This document shows positions 1 to 7,336 of a DNA stretch of 13,502 nucleotides, piece by piece. Location of the stretch: contig JBGQMB010000024.1 of assembly GCA_041500405.1 (NCBI GenBank), positions 1 to 13,502 of the forward strand, given 5' to 3'. The position numbers and the translations under genes were made by a program. The notes below the pieces were generated by a model. That model was given only the letters and a program-made list of their open reading frames with translations, searched no databases and was not told the origin of the DNA. The stretch comes from Candidatus Micrarchaeia archaeon (GTDB taxonomy: Archaea; Micrarchaeota; Micrarchaeia; Anstonellales; J096). How positions within the stretch are numbered: position 1 is the stretch's first letter; every line of letters starts with the position of its first letter.

Positions 1-600
1 AATGCTGTAAACAAAAAATACAAGCGCGGCATGAAGAAGGACGAAATAAACAGGGCGGCATATGAAGGCGAGAAATCAATACACGGAAAACCATCTGGAA
101 TAGACAACTCTGCGTCAACGTACGGAAAGCCGCTTGTGTTCAGGAAAACGCCTGAAGAAAGCTTCAAGATATCCAGGCTGAAGATAGGCGCGGCGATGCA
201 CCTGCTGATTTCAAACACTGGGCCGAAAAAAGGGACAGGGGAGCTTGTGGCCCATTTCGGCATGCTCAAGGAGAAGAACGCCATCTCAAAGGACATGTTT
301 AAGATATACAGGGCCGTGTTCAAGGGTGCCAAGGATGCGATAAAGAAGGGCGATTTGCAGGGCCTGGGCTTCCTAATGGACATAAGCCATGGCCTGCTTG
401 CGTCATTCGGCCTTTCAACGCCCAAGATAGAGGAGGCGCGGTTCCTGATGAAGGAAAATGGCTCATTGGGCTCAAAGATAACCGGCGCAGGAGGCGGGGG
501 CAACATAATCGGGCTTTTTGCGTCGCAGGAGACGGCGGAAAAGGCAAGGGAAGCCATGGAAAGCCGCGGGTTCAAGTCGTTCTATGCAAGGATAGAATAA
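1..600 (+). CDS. mvk: Mevalonate kinase (GHMP family), C-terminal part; 5' end lies before the window
   Basis: Frame is open from base 1. Contains HGKPSGIDNSASTYG and the C-terminal GHMP motif GSKITGAGGGG, both typical of mevalonate kinase. Confidence 0.9.
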   Translation, partial: NAVNKKYKRGMKKDEINRAAYEGEKSIHGKPSGIDNSASTYGKPLVFRKTPEESFKISRLKIGAAMHLLISNTGPKKGTGELVAHFGMLKEKNAISKDMFKIYRAVFKGAKDAIKKGDLQGLGFLMDISHGLLASFGLSTPKIEEARFLMKENGSLGSKITGAGGGGNIIGLFASQETAEKAREAMESRGFKSFYARIE

Positions 601-638
601 GCTTTTAAAGAGTTTGTTGTAAATAGTAGGTTAAGGTG
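601..638 (+). promoter_or_regulatory. TATA-like box (ttttaaa 603-609) and SD (aggtg 634-638) for the small ORF at 644
   Basis: Archaeal TATA-like element directly after the mvk stop; aggtg ends 5 nt before ATG 644. Confidence 0.55.
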
Positions 639-643
639 TATAT

Positions 644-796
644 ATGATAACCAAAGCCGATATAGAACGCATAAAGCGCCCTATTCCAATTGCCTTAAAG
701 GGAGAATTTGGCAAAAGGGCCAAATACGACGGGTTCAAGGATGCAACGTCCGTTGATATAGATAAGATGGACAAGATAAGGCAGAACGGCCGATAA
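644..796 (+). CDS. Small hypothetical protein, 50 aa (MITKADIERIKRPIPIALKGEFGKRAKYDGFKDATSVDIDKMDKIRQNGR); absent from the ORF track
   Basis: Translated by hand from ATG 644 to TAA 796. It has an upstream TATA and SD and a downstream T-tract. Confidence 0.6.
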   Translation: MITKADIERIKRPIPIALKGEFGKRAKYDGFKDATSVDIDKMDKIRQNGR

Positions 797-800
797 CGTA

Positions 801-811
801 TTTTGTTTTTT
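801..811 (+). terminator. Oligo-T archaeal terminator candidate
   Basis: ttttgtttttt begins 4 nt after the stop of 644-796. Confidence 0.45.
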
Positions 812-912
812 GTGAAGCATTATTACTAAAAAAACCAGCAACATAATGGTTATATACTCCTTAATTTCCATAATCAACCAGAAATTGCGTTTTTTGACTG
901 TTTTGGCACCTG

Positions 913-937
913 CACAAACGTATTTAAACACTTTTAT
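913..937 (+). promoter_or_regulatory. Promoter element copy 1 (cacaaacgtatttaaacacttttat), upstream of the kinase
   Basis: Contains TATA-like tatttaaa; 23/25 identical to 1821-1845. No SD before ATG 953, consistent with a leaderless start. Confidence 0.7.
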
Positions 938-952
938 GCCTAAATACTTAAT

Positions 953-1816
953 ATGCACAAGCTTCTCAAAAAGCCCGAATTCGACGGCAAAAGGGCGCTT
1001 TCAAGGAATACGAACCCTGCTTTGGACAGGTTTGTGTCTATAAACGGAAGGCGCGTCAGGTTCGGCTCAATAAGTCCGTTGCTCGAGAAAAGGGGCGTGA
1101 CGGAATTCCACTTCAACTATTCCACATCAGGCGTCCACCGCTCGAACTACGTTGTGGGCAAGTACAGGGGCAAGGACATTGGCATCCGCTTCGGAAGGCC
1201 TCCATGGCTCTATGAGCGCGAGGCGGAAGCATTGGAGAGGTTTTCCCACCCGGGCATACCAAAATGCCACGGCATAGGCCAGCTGCCAGGCTGGGCCAAT
1301 GATGCAGGATTCATGGTGCTCCAGCATTTGCCGGGCGCCGTCCTGTCCGACGCAGTGGACTTTTCCTCTCCTGCAAGCAGGAAAAGGAGCGCGGCGATAC
1401 TTTCAGGGATAGTCGACACGCTGGACCATATCCATTCAGAAGGCGTTGTGCACCAGGACATAACCAAGGACCACGTCCTTGTTGACGGAAGCAACATCTC
1501 GTTCATTGACTTCCACCTTTGGGACAGCAGCCGCGACCGCCATCCTGTCATTGACTTCTGCGGGTCTGACGTTTTGCCTACAATAATGGAAACGCCTGAG
1601 CTGGCCGCCGAAGCGGCTGGCGAATGGAGGCCAAGGGGATACGGAAGGATGCTGAGAAGCCTTGTTCCTGCCCACGAGAAAGGGGATTTCTTTGTAGAGC
1701 TTAGGCGCCTTGTCATCGCCTTGTCGGATGTGCAGACGCAGGCAGTAACCCACAAGACCAGGGACGAGATAAGCAAGAAAATAAAGGACACCCTAAAGCC
1801 GCTTTCCGTTGGCTGA
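953..1816 (+). CDS. Protein kinase-like (Hanks-type fold) protein with atypical catalytic motifs
   Basis: alphaC segment EREAEALERFSHPGIPK, hinge FMVLQHLPG, catalytic loop HIHSEGVVHQDITKDHVLV, and FIDFH at the DFG position. Confidence 0.8.
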   Translation: MHKLLKKPEFDGKRALSRNTNPALDRFVSINGRRVRFGSISPLLEKRGVTEFHFNYSTSGVHRSNYVVGKYRGKDIGIRFGRPPWLYEREAEALERFSHPGIPKCHGIGQLPGWANDAGFMVLQHLPGAVLSDAVDFSSPASRKRSAAILSGIVDTLDHIHSEGVVHQDITKDHVLVDGSNISFIDFHLWDSSRDRHPVIDFCGSDVLPTIMETPELAAEAAGEWRPRGYGRMLRSLVPAHEKGDFFVELRRLVIALSDVQTQAVTHKTRDEISKKIKDTLKPLSVG

Positions 1817-1820
1817 CAGA

Positions 1821-1845
1821 CACAAACATATTTAAACACATTTAT
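1821..1845 (+). promoter_or_regulatory. Promoter element copy 2 (cacaaacatatttaaacacatttat), upstream of the glycosyltransferase
   Basis: 23/25 identical to 913-937. Spacing to ATG 1860 (39 nt from motif start) matches copy 1 (40 nt). Confidence 0.7.
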
Positions 1846-1859
1846 ACATGAATATACAC

Positions 1860-3296
1860 ATGCAAAAGCAAAAAGCGCTGGTTTCCTTCGGCGGGGCATT
1901 CCCCTATGACAAAAGTTTCAGGGGACAGAGCATAGTCGAGGGCGACTTAATCAAGGAAGCGGCCTCCAGGGGCATAAAGTCCAGTGTGATATCCAAATAT
2001 CACGAGCACATGGACGGCATCATGGAAAAGTCGGAACCGATGCAAAGGAAGATAGCAGAAAGCGCGTTCTCCAGCGAGCTCAATTTCAGGTACAAGAACG
2101 ATTTCTGCGACGCCAGGAACAGTTATTTGATGGACATGCAAAGAAATAAGGACAGCGCAACTGTGCGCTGGAACCGGTTTTTCGGCGTCAGGGAAGTCAG
2201 GAATCTTGCCAAGCAATACGGCAAGGTGCTTTATTTCATGCACTACTACAACTCAATATTCATGGAAGCAGAGTTCTTCTCCAAGGTCATCAGGCACGAA
2301 AAGCTCAAGGAAATAATGGATGCGTACTACTTCATACACGTTGCGCCTGACCAGCTTGTGGAAAGCGAGAACGGCAAATGGAGAACCAAGGAGAACACCG
2401 GCGGCGCAGTTGAGTCGCTTGTGAATGCAGTGGAGTCCGGATGTTTCAAGAGATTCATAGCAGTGAGCCAGGCCGCAAGGGACATGTGGATTGGGCTCAT
2501 GAAGCATTTCGGCTATTCGAGGGAAACCGTTTCGGTTGCTGAGGAAAATATAAAGGCAGTGCCAAACGGCATAGACGCGAACATTTACGGTTCGTCATAC
2601 GTCATGCCCGACTCTTCGGCGCTGGCAGAGGAAAGGGCAAGGCTTGGATTTAACCCGTCTGTAAGCAAGATTGTGCTCATAATGACAAGGCCCAGCATAT
2701 CCAAGGGCATACGCAGGATAGAAGATGTCTTGCAATTCTTCAATGACCATGACAGCAGCAAGATGAAGAACATAGGATTCCTTGTCACCATGCCGGACAC
2801 CGAAGGGACCAAACAATTCCTGGAAAAGGCGCGCAGGATGAGAAACCTTGTCGACGGAAACAGGCTCAAGGTGACAATAGACGTGTCCAAGATAGTCAGA
2901 AGCAGGCTGGAATTGCATGAAGAGATGTTGGGCATGCTTGCGCTCAAGCCGATGAGCTACGAAAACGAGCCATTCTACGTCAAGCCGATAGGATACCCCC
3001 TGACGTGCGTTTCCGACGTTTTCCTGCACCTTCCGCATGCAGAGGCATTCGGCCTTGTTGTCGCCGAGTCGCTGATGTCCGGATGCGCGGTAATAACAAC
3101 GGATGCGGGGGGCATACCCGAGGTTACGAAAAACTCGAAGGACGCTATTATGTTTGACCACGAGAAAGTCGTGATAAATGACGTTGTTGACGCGATTGCG
3201 GCAAGCGAAAGGCCGCATTCGCCGAACGGCGCGTTTGTCCAACAGTTCAGTTTAAAAAGGCAATTTGACAAGATAGTGGGTGATGGTAATGACTAG
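1860..3296 (+). CDS. Glycosyltransferase family 4 (GT-B fold)
   Basis: VPNGID, R-x4-KG (TRPSISKG), and E-x7-E motif EAFGLVVAESLMSGCAVITTDAGGIPEV. Start set at ATG 1860 (MQKQK) rather than 1848 because of promoter spacing. Confidence 0.88.
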   Translation: MQKQKALVSFGGAFPYDKSFRGQSIVEGDLIKEAASRGIKSSVISKYHEHMDGIMEKSEPMQRKIAESAFSSELNFRYKNDFCDARNSYLMDMQRNKDSATVRWNRFFGVREVRNLAKQYGKVLYFMHYYNSIFMEAEFFSKVIRHEKLKEIMDAYYFIHVAPDQLVESENGKWRTKENTGGAVESLVNAVESGCFKRFIAVSQAARDMWIGLMKHFGYSRETVSVAEENIKAVPNGIDANIYGSSYVMPDSSALAEERARLGFNPSVSKIVLIMTRPSISKGIRRIEDVLQFFNDHDSSKMKNIGFLVTMPDTEGTKQFLEKARRMRNLVDGNRLKVTIDVSKIVRSRLELHEEMLGMLALKPMSYENEPFYVKPIGYPLTCVSDVFLHLPHAEAFGLVVAESLMSGCAVITTDAGGIPEVTKNSKDAIMFDHEKVVINDVVDAIAASERPHSPNGAFVQQFSLKRQFDKIVGDGND

Positions 3297-3846
3297 TGTA
3301 GAAACAAAAATCCGCAAAAAGCCCCAGATACACGTGTTCCTGCTGACCAAGAAAAGAAGGGTCGAGATACGCAACGTGGGCGCAAGGACAGTCATATTCA
3401 GGATGAGGAGAGGAAAGAGGGAAGGGGACCTTCACATCTTCAAGATATCCGACCTGTGCAACAGGGCAAAAAGGGACGACGTCTTCAACAGCGCAAAAAC
3501 GCTGGTTGACGAGATAAACGGCATAAAGGGCGATGACAAAGAGGCAAGGCACCTGAAAAGGAAGCTTACGTTCTTCATGGGCGCATTGGGCCAGAGCAGC
3601 ATGACAACCAAATATATCAAGTCCGTTTTCGACAGGGAAGGCATTCCGTACAAGAAAACGGAGCTTCCGAGGATAAAGATGCTGGTCCTGAATCTGTTCA
3701 CGCTTCCGGACTCCGAACACGTGCTCGCAAGGGCGCGGGAAAAGGGCGTTGTGCTTAGCCCAGACGACGTAACAAGGGTTTGCTGGGGAATACACGCAAT
3801 GCAGCACGCGTTTGACGAGTTCATAAAGTCCGAAAAGATATATTAG
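3289..3846 (+). CDS. Hypothetical basic protein (~185 aa), probably translationally coupled to the GT4 gene
   Basis: ORF fills the gap; SD ggtga 3279-3283 precedes ATG 3289, which overlaps the GT4 3' end by 8 nt. No family recognised. Confidence 0.7.
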   Translation: MTSVETKIRKKPQIHVFLLTKKRRVEIRNVGARTVIFRMRRGKREGDLHIFKISDLCNRAKRDDVFNSAKTLVDEINGIKGDDKEARHLKRKLTFFMGALGQSSMTTKYIKSVFDREGIPYKKTELPRIKMLVLNLFTLPDSEHVLARAREKGVVLSPDDVTRVCWGIHAMQHAFDEFIKSEKIY

Positions 3847-3861
3847 GACAGGGGCGCAATC

Positions 3862-3880
3862 ATTAGCTTTTTAAGCGTTT
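3862..3880 (+). promoter_or_regulatory. TATA promoter of nop5 (leaderless)
   Basis: agctttttaag with the TATA-like core about 22 nt before ATG 3897. Confidence 0.55.
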
Positions 3881-3896
3881 AACCTCAATTCTGGTT

Positions 3897-4787
3897 ATGG
3901 CAGGCATTCACGATAATAGGGGATATAGGGGAGGCAGGCATTACGGCGGACGGCCCAGCGGCGGATTTGGCGGAAGGCCAACAGAAGGCGGCTTTGGGGC
4001 AAGGGGCGGAGACCTGAGAGAGAAGTTCATGCACAGGGCGCGCAAGAAGTTCGAGGAGTTCAGGGCAAGGGAAGACCTGTTCCTTATGGAAGTGGACAGG
4101 GCCATCGACGACCTGGACAAGATGACGAATCTCATCGGCGAAAGGCTTGAGGAATGGGTATCATTTTACATAAGCGGCATAAAGCTGAGCGAAAAGGCCA
4201 AGCTGGCCAGGCTGGTAATACTGATAGCTGACAAGAAGGACATAACAAAAGAGGATTTGGGCGGGTTCCTCAGCGAAAAGGAGACGGACATTGTTTTCGA
4301 CAAATTGGGCCAAAGGACAAAGGAGGTCAAGGAAAAGGACCTCGTGTACATGAAGAAGTACGCGGAAATGCTGCTGAAGATGGCGGAACTGAACGACTTT
4401 TACACCAATGAGATTGACGCTTTGGCGAACAGGATTGCGCCGAACGCGACATTCCTTGTAGGCGGAAAGGTCGTTGCAAAGATGATCTCGCTTGCAAAGG
4501 GCCTTGACAGGCTTGCGGAGATGCCGTCCAGCACAGTGCAGATGTTGGGCGCGGAAAAGGCGCTTTTCATGTTCCTTAAGGGCGGAAAGAAGGGAGACCC
4601 GCCGAAGCACGGCGTCATCCTTTTCTCGCCGCAGGTCGCGGGCGTGAGAAAGGAGTACAGGGGCAGGATGTCAAGGACGCTTGCGGCGAAGCTCTCAATA
4701 GCATTCAAGGTTGACAACGCAAAGGGAGAATTCTTCGGAAAGCAGCTGAAGGAAGCGATTGACAGGAGAATGAAGGACCTGATGTGA
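3897..4787 (+). CDS. nop5: Box C/D sRNP core protein Nop5 (Nop56/58 family) with RGG-rich N-terminus
   Basis: Coiled coil (DDLDKMTNLIGERLEEW) and Nop-domain motifs IAPNATFLVG, LAEMPSSTVQMLGAEKALF, PPKHGVILF and RGRMSRTLAAKLSIA. Confidence 0.93.
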   Translation: MAGIHDNRGYRGGRHYGGRPSGGFGGRPTEGGFGARGGDLREKFMHRARKKFEEFRAREDLFLMEVDRAIDDLDKMTNLIGERLEEWVSFYISGIKLSEKAKLARLVILIADKKDITKEDLGGFLSEKETDIVFDKLGQRTKEVKEKDLVYMKKYAEMLLKMAELNDFYTNEIDALANRIAPNATFLVGGKVVAKMISLAKGLDRLAEMPSSTVQMLGAEKALFMFLKGGKKGDPPKHGVILFSPQVAGVRKEYRGRMSRTLAAKLSIAFKVDNAKGEFFGKQLKEAIDRRMKDLM

Positions 4788-4809
4788 AATTCCCGGTTTC
4801 GGATTTGCG

Positions 4810-5238
4810 GTGGCGCATATGCCGATGATAAATGCAGGAAGCGTGTTTTCGCTGTCGTTTGAGCGCACATCATTTAAGGAATTGAAGGAACTGATAAAGT
4901 CCATATTCCCTGATTGCCTGGTCAGCGCAGAAAAGGAGGACATTGTTTTCAAGGCAAGCGCCGCAGACGAAACAGTAGGATTCGTCCACATCGGCACGCG
5001 CGAGAACGGATGGAGGATAATAGGCATAGGCATCAAGGAGACCAACAGGGGCAGGGAATACGGAAAGCGCATACTGGATTTCGCAATAGAAACAATAAGG
5101 CAGATGGGCGGGCACAGTGTGACGCTGCTTGTGGACGGCAAAAACTCCGCTGCAATAAGGATGTACATAAAAGCGGGGTTCAAGCCCATTGGAAAGCACA
5201 GGAACAGGGCCAAACTGATGCTTACCCTCAACAACTGA
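4810..5238 (+). CDS. GNAT family N-acetyltransferase (RimI-like); start uncertain (4810, 4819 or 4825)
   Basis: Acetyl-CoA motif A IGIKETNRGREYGKRIL and motif B LLVDGKNSAAIRMYIKAGF. Confidence 0.85.
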   Translation: MAHMPMINAGSVFSLSFERTSFKELKELIKSIFPDCLVSAEKEDIVFKASAADETVGFVHIGTRENGWRIIGIGIKETNRGREYGKRILDFAIETIRQMGGHSVTLLVDGKNSAAIRMYIKAGFKPIGKHRNRAKLMLTLNN

Positions 5239-6066
5239 CTATTTGAGCTTGATGTAAATCTCTTTCATTTTTAGCGCGTCGTCTGACGTGAACGGCGTCT
5301 CGGAGATTATTGTTCCGGAATAGCCGTTTTCAGCGCAAAGCTTGAGCAACGGTTTTATGGGCGGCTCGTTGTTCGAGAACAGCGGCATGTGCGAAAGCTC
5401 GCCTGCCTTGCTGTACCTTATCTCTGAGAAATGCGAATGGAACGACGTTACGGCCTTTTTGCCAAGCTCCTTTTCCATTGCATTGAAAATCATTGCGTAT
5501 TCCTTTTCGCCTTTTATTATGCCGCCGTGCCTTGCGTGGTAGTGCGCAAAATCCACGACAGGGACAACGCCCGGAATCTCCTTTGCAAGCATTATTATCT
5601 CCTCAAGGTCCCCGAACGCGCTTTTCTTTCCCGTAAGCTCCGGGCCCAGCAAGATATTGCTTATCTTGCTTTTCCCAAGCAAGCCCAAAATGCGCTCAAG
5701 CTCGCTTTTGACTATCTTGAAAACCTCTTCGCTTGGCCTTGAAAGATAGAAAGCAGGATGGAAAACAACGACGCCGCCTCCGGCAAGGCTCAGCTTTTTC
5801 GCGGAATCGGCTATGAACTCTATGCTCCTTTCCAGTTTGTGCCTTTCCTTTGCCGCAAGGTTTATCCAGTAAGGCGCATGGCACGAAAGCGTTATCCCGT
5901 TTTCCCTTGCGTTCTTTCCGACCTCAACGGCCGTTGCGTCGGACATGTTCACGCCCCTGACGAACTCAAGCTCCATGGCGTCAAGGCCCATTTCCTTGAG
6001 GAACTGGGGCGCAGCAATGCTGTTTTTGCACCCTATCGGGATTCCGGCAGGCCCAAAGCGCAACAT
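5239..6066 (-). CDS. nfo: Endonuclease IV (AP endonuclease family 2), archaeal type
   Basis: MLRFGPAGIP start; metal-ligand motifs SCHAPYWINL, VVFHPAFY, PELTGK, DFAHYHAR, HSHFS, ISETP. Start moved to ATG 6066, which has minus-strand tatttaaag about 21 nt upstream. Confidence 0.9.
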   Translation of the reverse strand: MLRFGPAGIPIGCKNSIAAPQFLKEMGLDAMELEFVRGVNMSDATAVEVGKNARENGITLSCHAPYWINLAAKERHKLERSIEFIADSAKKLSLAGGGVVVFHPAFYLSRPSEEVFKIVKSELERILGLLGKSKISNILLGPELTGKKSAFGDLEEIIMLAKEIPGVVPVVDFAHYHARHGGIIKGEKEYAMIFNAMEKELGKKAVTSFHSHFSEIRYSKAGELSHMPLFSNNEPPIKPLLKLCAENGYSGTIISETPFTSDDALKMKEIYIKLK

Positions 6067-6111
6067 GAGTAAAGAGGATGTGAAAACTTTAAATAGCCAA
6101 TTGGAGCCTAT

Positions 6112-6132
6112 CGCGAAAACGAGCCTACGAGC
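6112..6132. repeat. 21-bp direct repeat, left copy (cgcgaaaacgagcctacgagc)
   Basis: Identical to 6778-6798. Minus strand 6131-6108 reads L-V-G-S-F-S-R-TAG. Confidence 0.95.
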
Positions 6133-6179
6133 CAGTGCAAAACAAAGATTTTTAACCTCTTTATCACATAATAGACAAT

Positions 6180-6764
6180 ATGGCCAGTAAACATCTTCAT
6201 AAAACAAGGGAGCCGGCAAGAAAGATGCTGCTCAAGAAGAAAAGGATTTTTACATCTTCTGACATGCCCCCGAATATCCATTTAAAAGATATGAATAAGG
6301 CATTGTTGAAAGCCGCATCCGAAGGAAATGATTCACGCGTCGAAAGAGTACTCAAGGCCAAGGCGGACTTGAATGCAAGGAGCGGCGATGGCATGACTGC
6401 GCTCATGTGGGCGGCAAGACATGGGTATATGAAAATAGCCAAGCTCCTAATAGAAAAAGGGGCAAATATAAATGCAAGGGACAGGGCAGGCATGACAAGT
6501 CTTATGTGGGCGGGACTGTGGGGGAATATAGACATTACAAAGCTTCTTGTGGAAAAGAAGGCGGATTTGAATGCATATGACAATGGCGGCTGGACCGCGC
6601 TCATGTATTCATTAGTGGGTAAAGATACAGTAAAGATCCTTATAAATGCGGGAGCAAACATTAATGCAAAGGATTATGAAGGCAAAACAGCGCTCAAGAT
6701 TGCTTCAGAAAGAGGGTATGCTGAAACCGCGAAAATCCTAAAACAGGCAGGGGCAAAGGAATAA
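6180..6764 (+). CDS. Ankyrin-repeat protein (about 4-5 repeats) with basic N-terminal extension
   Basis: Repeats ADLNARSGDGMTALMWAARHG, GANINARDRAGMTSLMWAG, ADLNAYDNGGWTALMYS and GANINAKDYEGKTALKIASERG. TATA-like tttttaac at 6149-6156. Confidence 0.95.
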   Translation: MASKHLHKTREPARKMLLKKKRIFTSSDMPPNIHLKDMNKALLKAASEGNDSRVERVLKAKADLNARSGDGMTALMWAARHGYMKIAKLLIEKGANINARDRAGMTSLMWAGLWGNIDITKLLVEKKADLNAYDNGGWTALMYSLVGKDTVKILINAGANINAKDYEGKTALKIASERGYAETAKILKQAGAKE

Positions 6765-6773
6765 GTACAAGTT

Positions 6774-7298
6774 TTACCGCGAAAACGAGCCTACGAGCGT
6801 TGCCTGCGCAAGCACATGCCCTTTCATCGCATGCTCGACGTCCGCCTTTTCAGAGTCCTCGCCGATGTCCAAAAGCGTGTCTAGGGCGTAGAGCTTGAAG
6901 AAGTATCTGTGTATTAAGCCAGGGGGCGGGCACGGCCCGCTGTACTGGCGTATGCCGTCGTCATTGACGCCTTCAATTGAGCCTTGCGGAAGCTCGCCTT
7001 CGGAAATCGTTGAAATCGGCGGTATGTTCCATGCGACCCAGTGGGACCAGACCTTTGCCGGCGCATCAGGGTCGTCAACAACCAAAACAAGGCTTTTTGC
7101 ATTGTCCGGAATGCCTATTATGTCAAATCTCGGGCTTGTGTCATCGCCCTTGCACGTGTGCCTGTCCGGAATCCTTTCCCCGTCCGCAAATGACGGGCTT
7201 GACATTACCATGCTTCCCATGACCGAACCACCCTCCTGCTGGATGCAACCGGCCGCAATCACAGCTATAACGAGCATGCAAGCCGTTTGCACTTGCAT
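6774..7298 (-). CDS. YbhB/YbcL family Raf kinase inhibitor-like (PEBP) protein with lipoprotein-type signal
   Basis: DDPDAP, WSHWVAWNIP, YSGPCPPPG and HRYFFKLYALD. Hydrophobic N-terminus ends in the lipobox IAAGC. Confidence 0.93.
   Translation of the reverse strand: MQVQTACMLVIAVIAAGCIQQEGGSVMGSMVMSSPSFADGERIPDRHTCKGDDTSPRFDIIGIPDNAKSLVLVVDDPDAPAKVWSHWVAWNIPPISTISEGELPQGSIEGVNDDGIRQYSGPCPPPGLIHRYFFKLYALDTLLDIGEDSEKADVEHAMKGHVLAQATLVGSFSR
6778..6798. repeat. 21-bp direct repeat, right copy, inside the 3' end of the YbhB/YbcL gene
   Basis: Identical to 6112-6132. Minus strand 6797-6774 reads L-V-G-S-F-S-R-TAA. Confidence 0.95.
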
Positions 7299-7336
7299 TT
7301 ATGCATTTGGGTTGCGGAGTTTAAAAGATTAGTGGG

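Noticed and set aside
695..958. Minus-strand 87-aa ORF and the overlapping + ORF 846-1043
   Set aside because: Both run through AT-rich promoter DNA and overlap better-supported genes; no recognisable motifs.
4788..4809. Small hairpin ccg-gttt-cgg after nop5
   Set aside because: Stem is too short and there is no T-tract; cannot support a terminator or RNA call.
6067..6219. N-terminal extension of nfo in the ORF track
   Set aside because: Family sequence begins at MLRFGPAG (6066), which has its own TATA. The extension crosses the repeat and the ankyrin promoter.
6360..6700. Roughly 99-nt periodic repeats that could suggest a DGR or CRISPR array
   Set aside because: They are ordinary ankyrin coding repeats. 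Differences are not adenine-specific, no reverse transcriptase is present, and there is no repeat-spacer structure.
6726..6735. accgcgaaaa inside the ankyrin gene, matching 6776-6785
   Set aside because: Only 10 bp and it encodes the conventional ETAKIL ankyrin helix; chance is likely.
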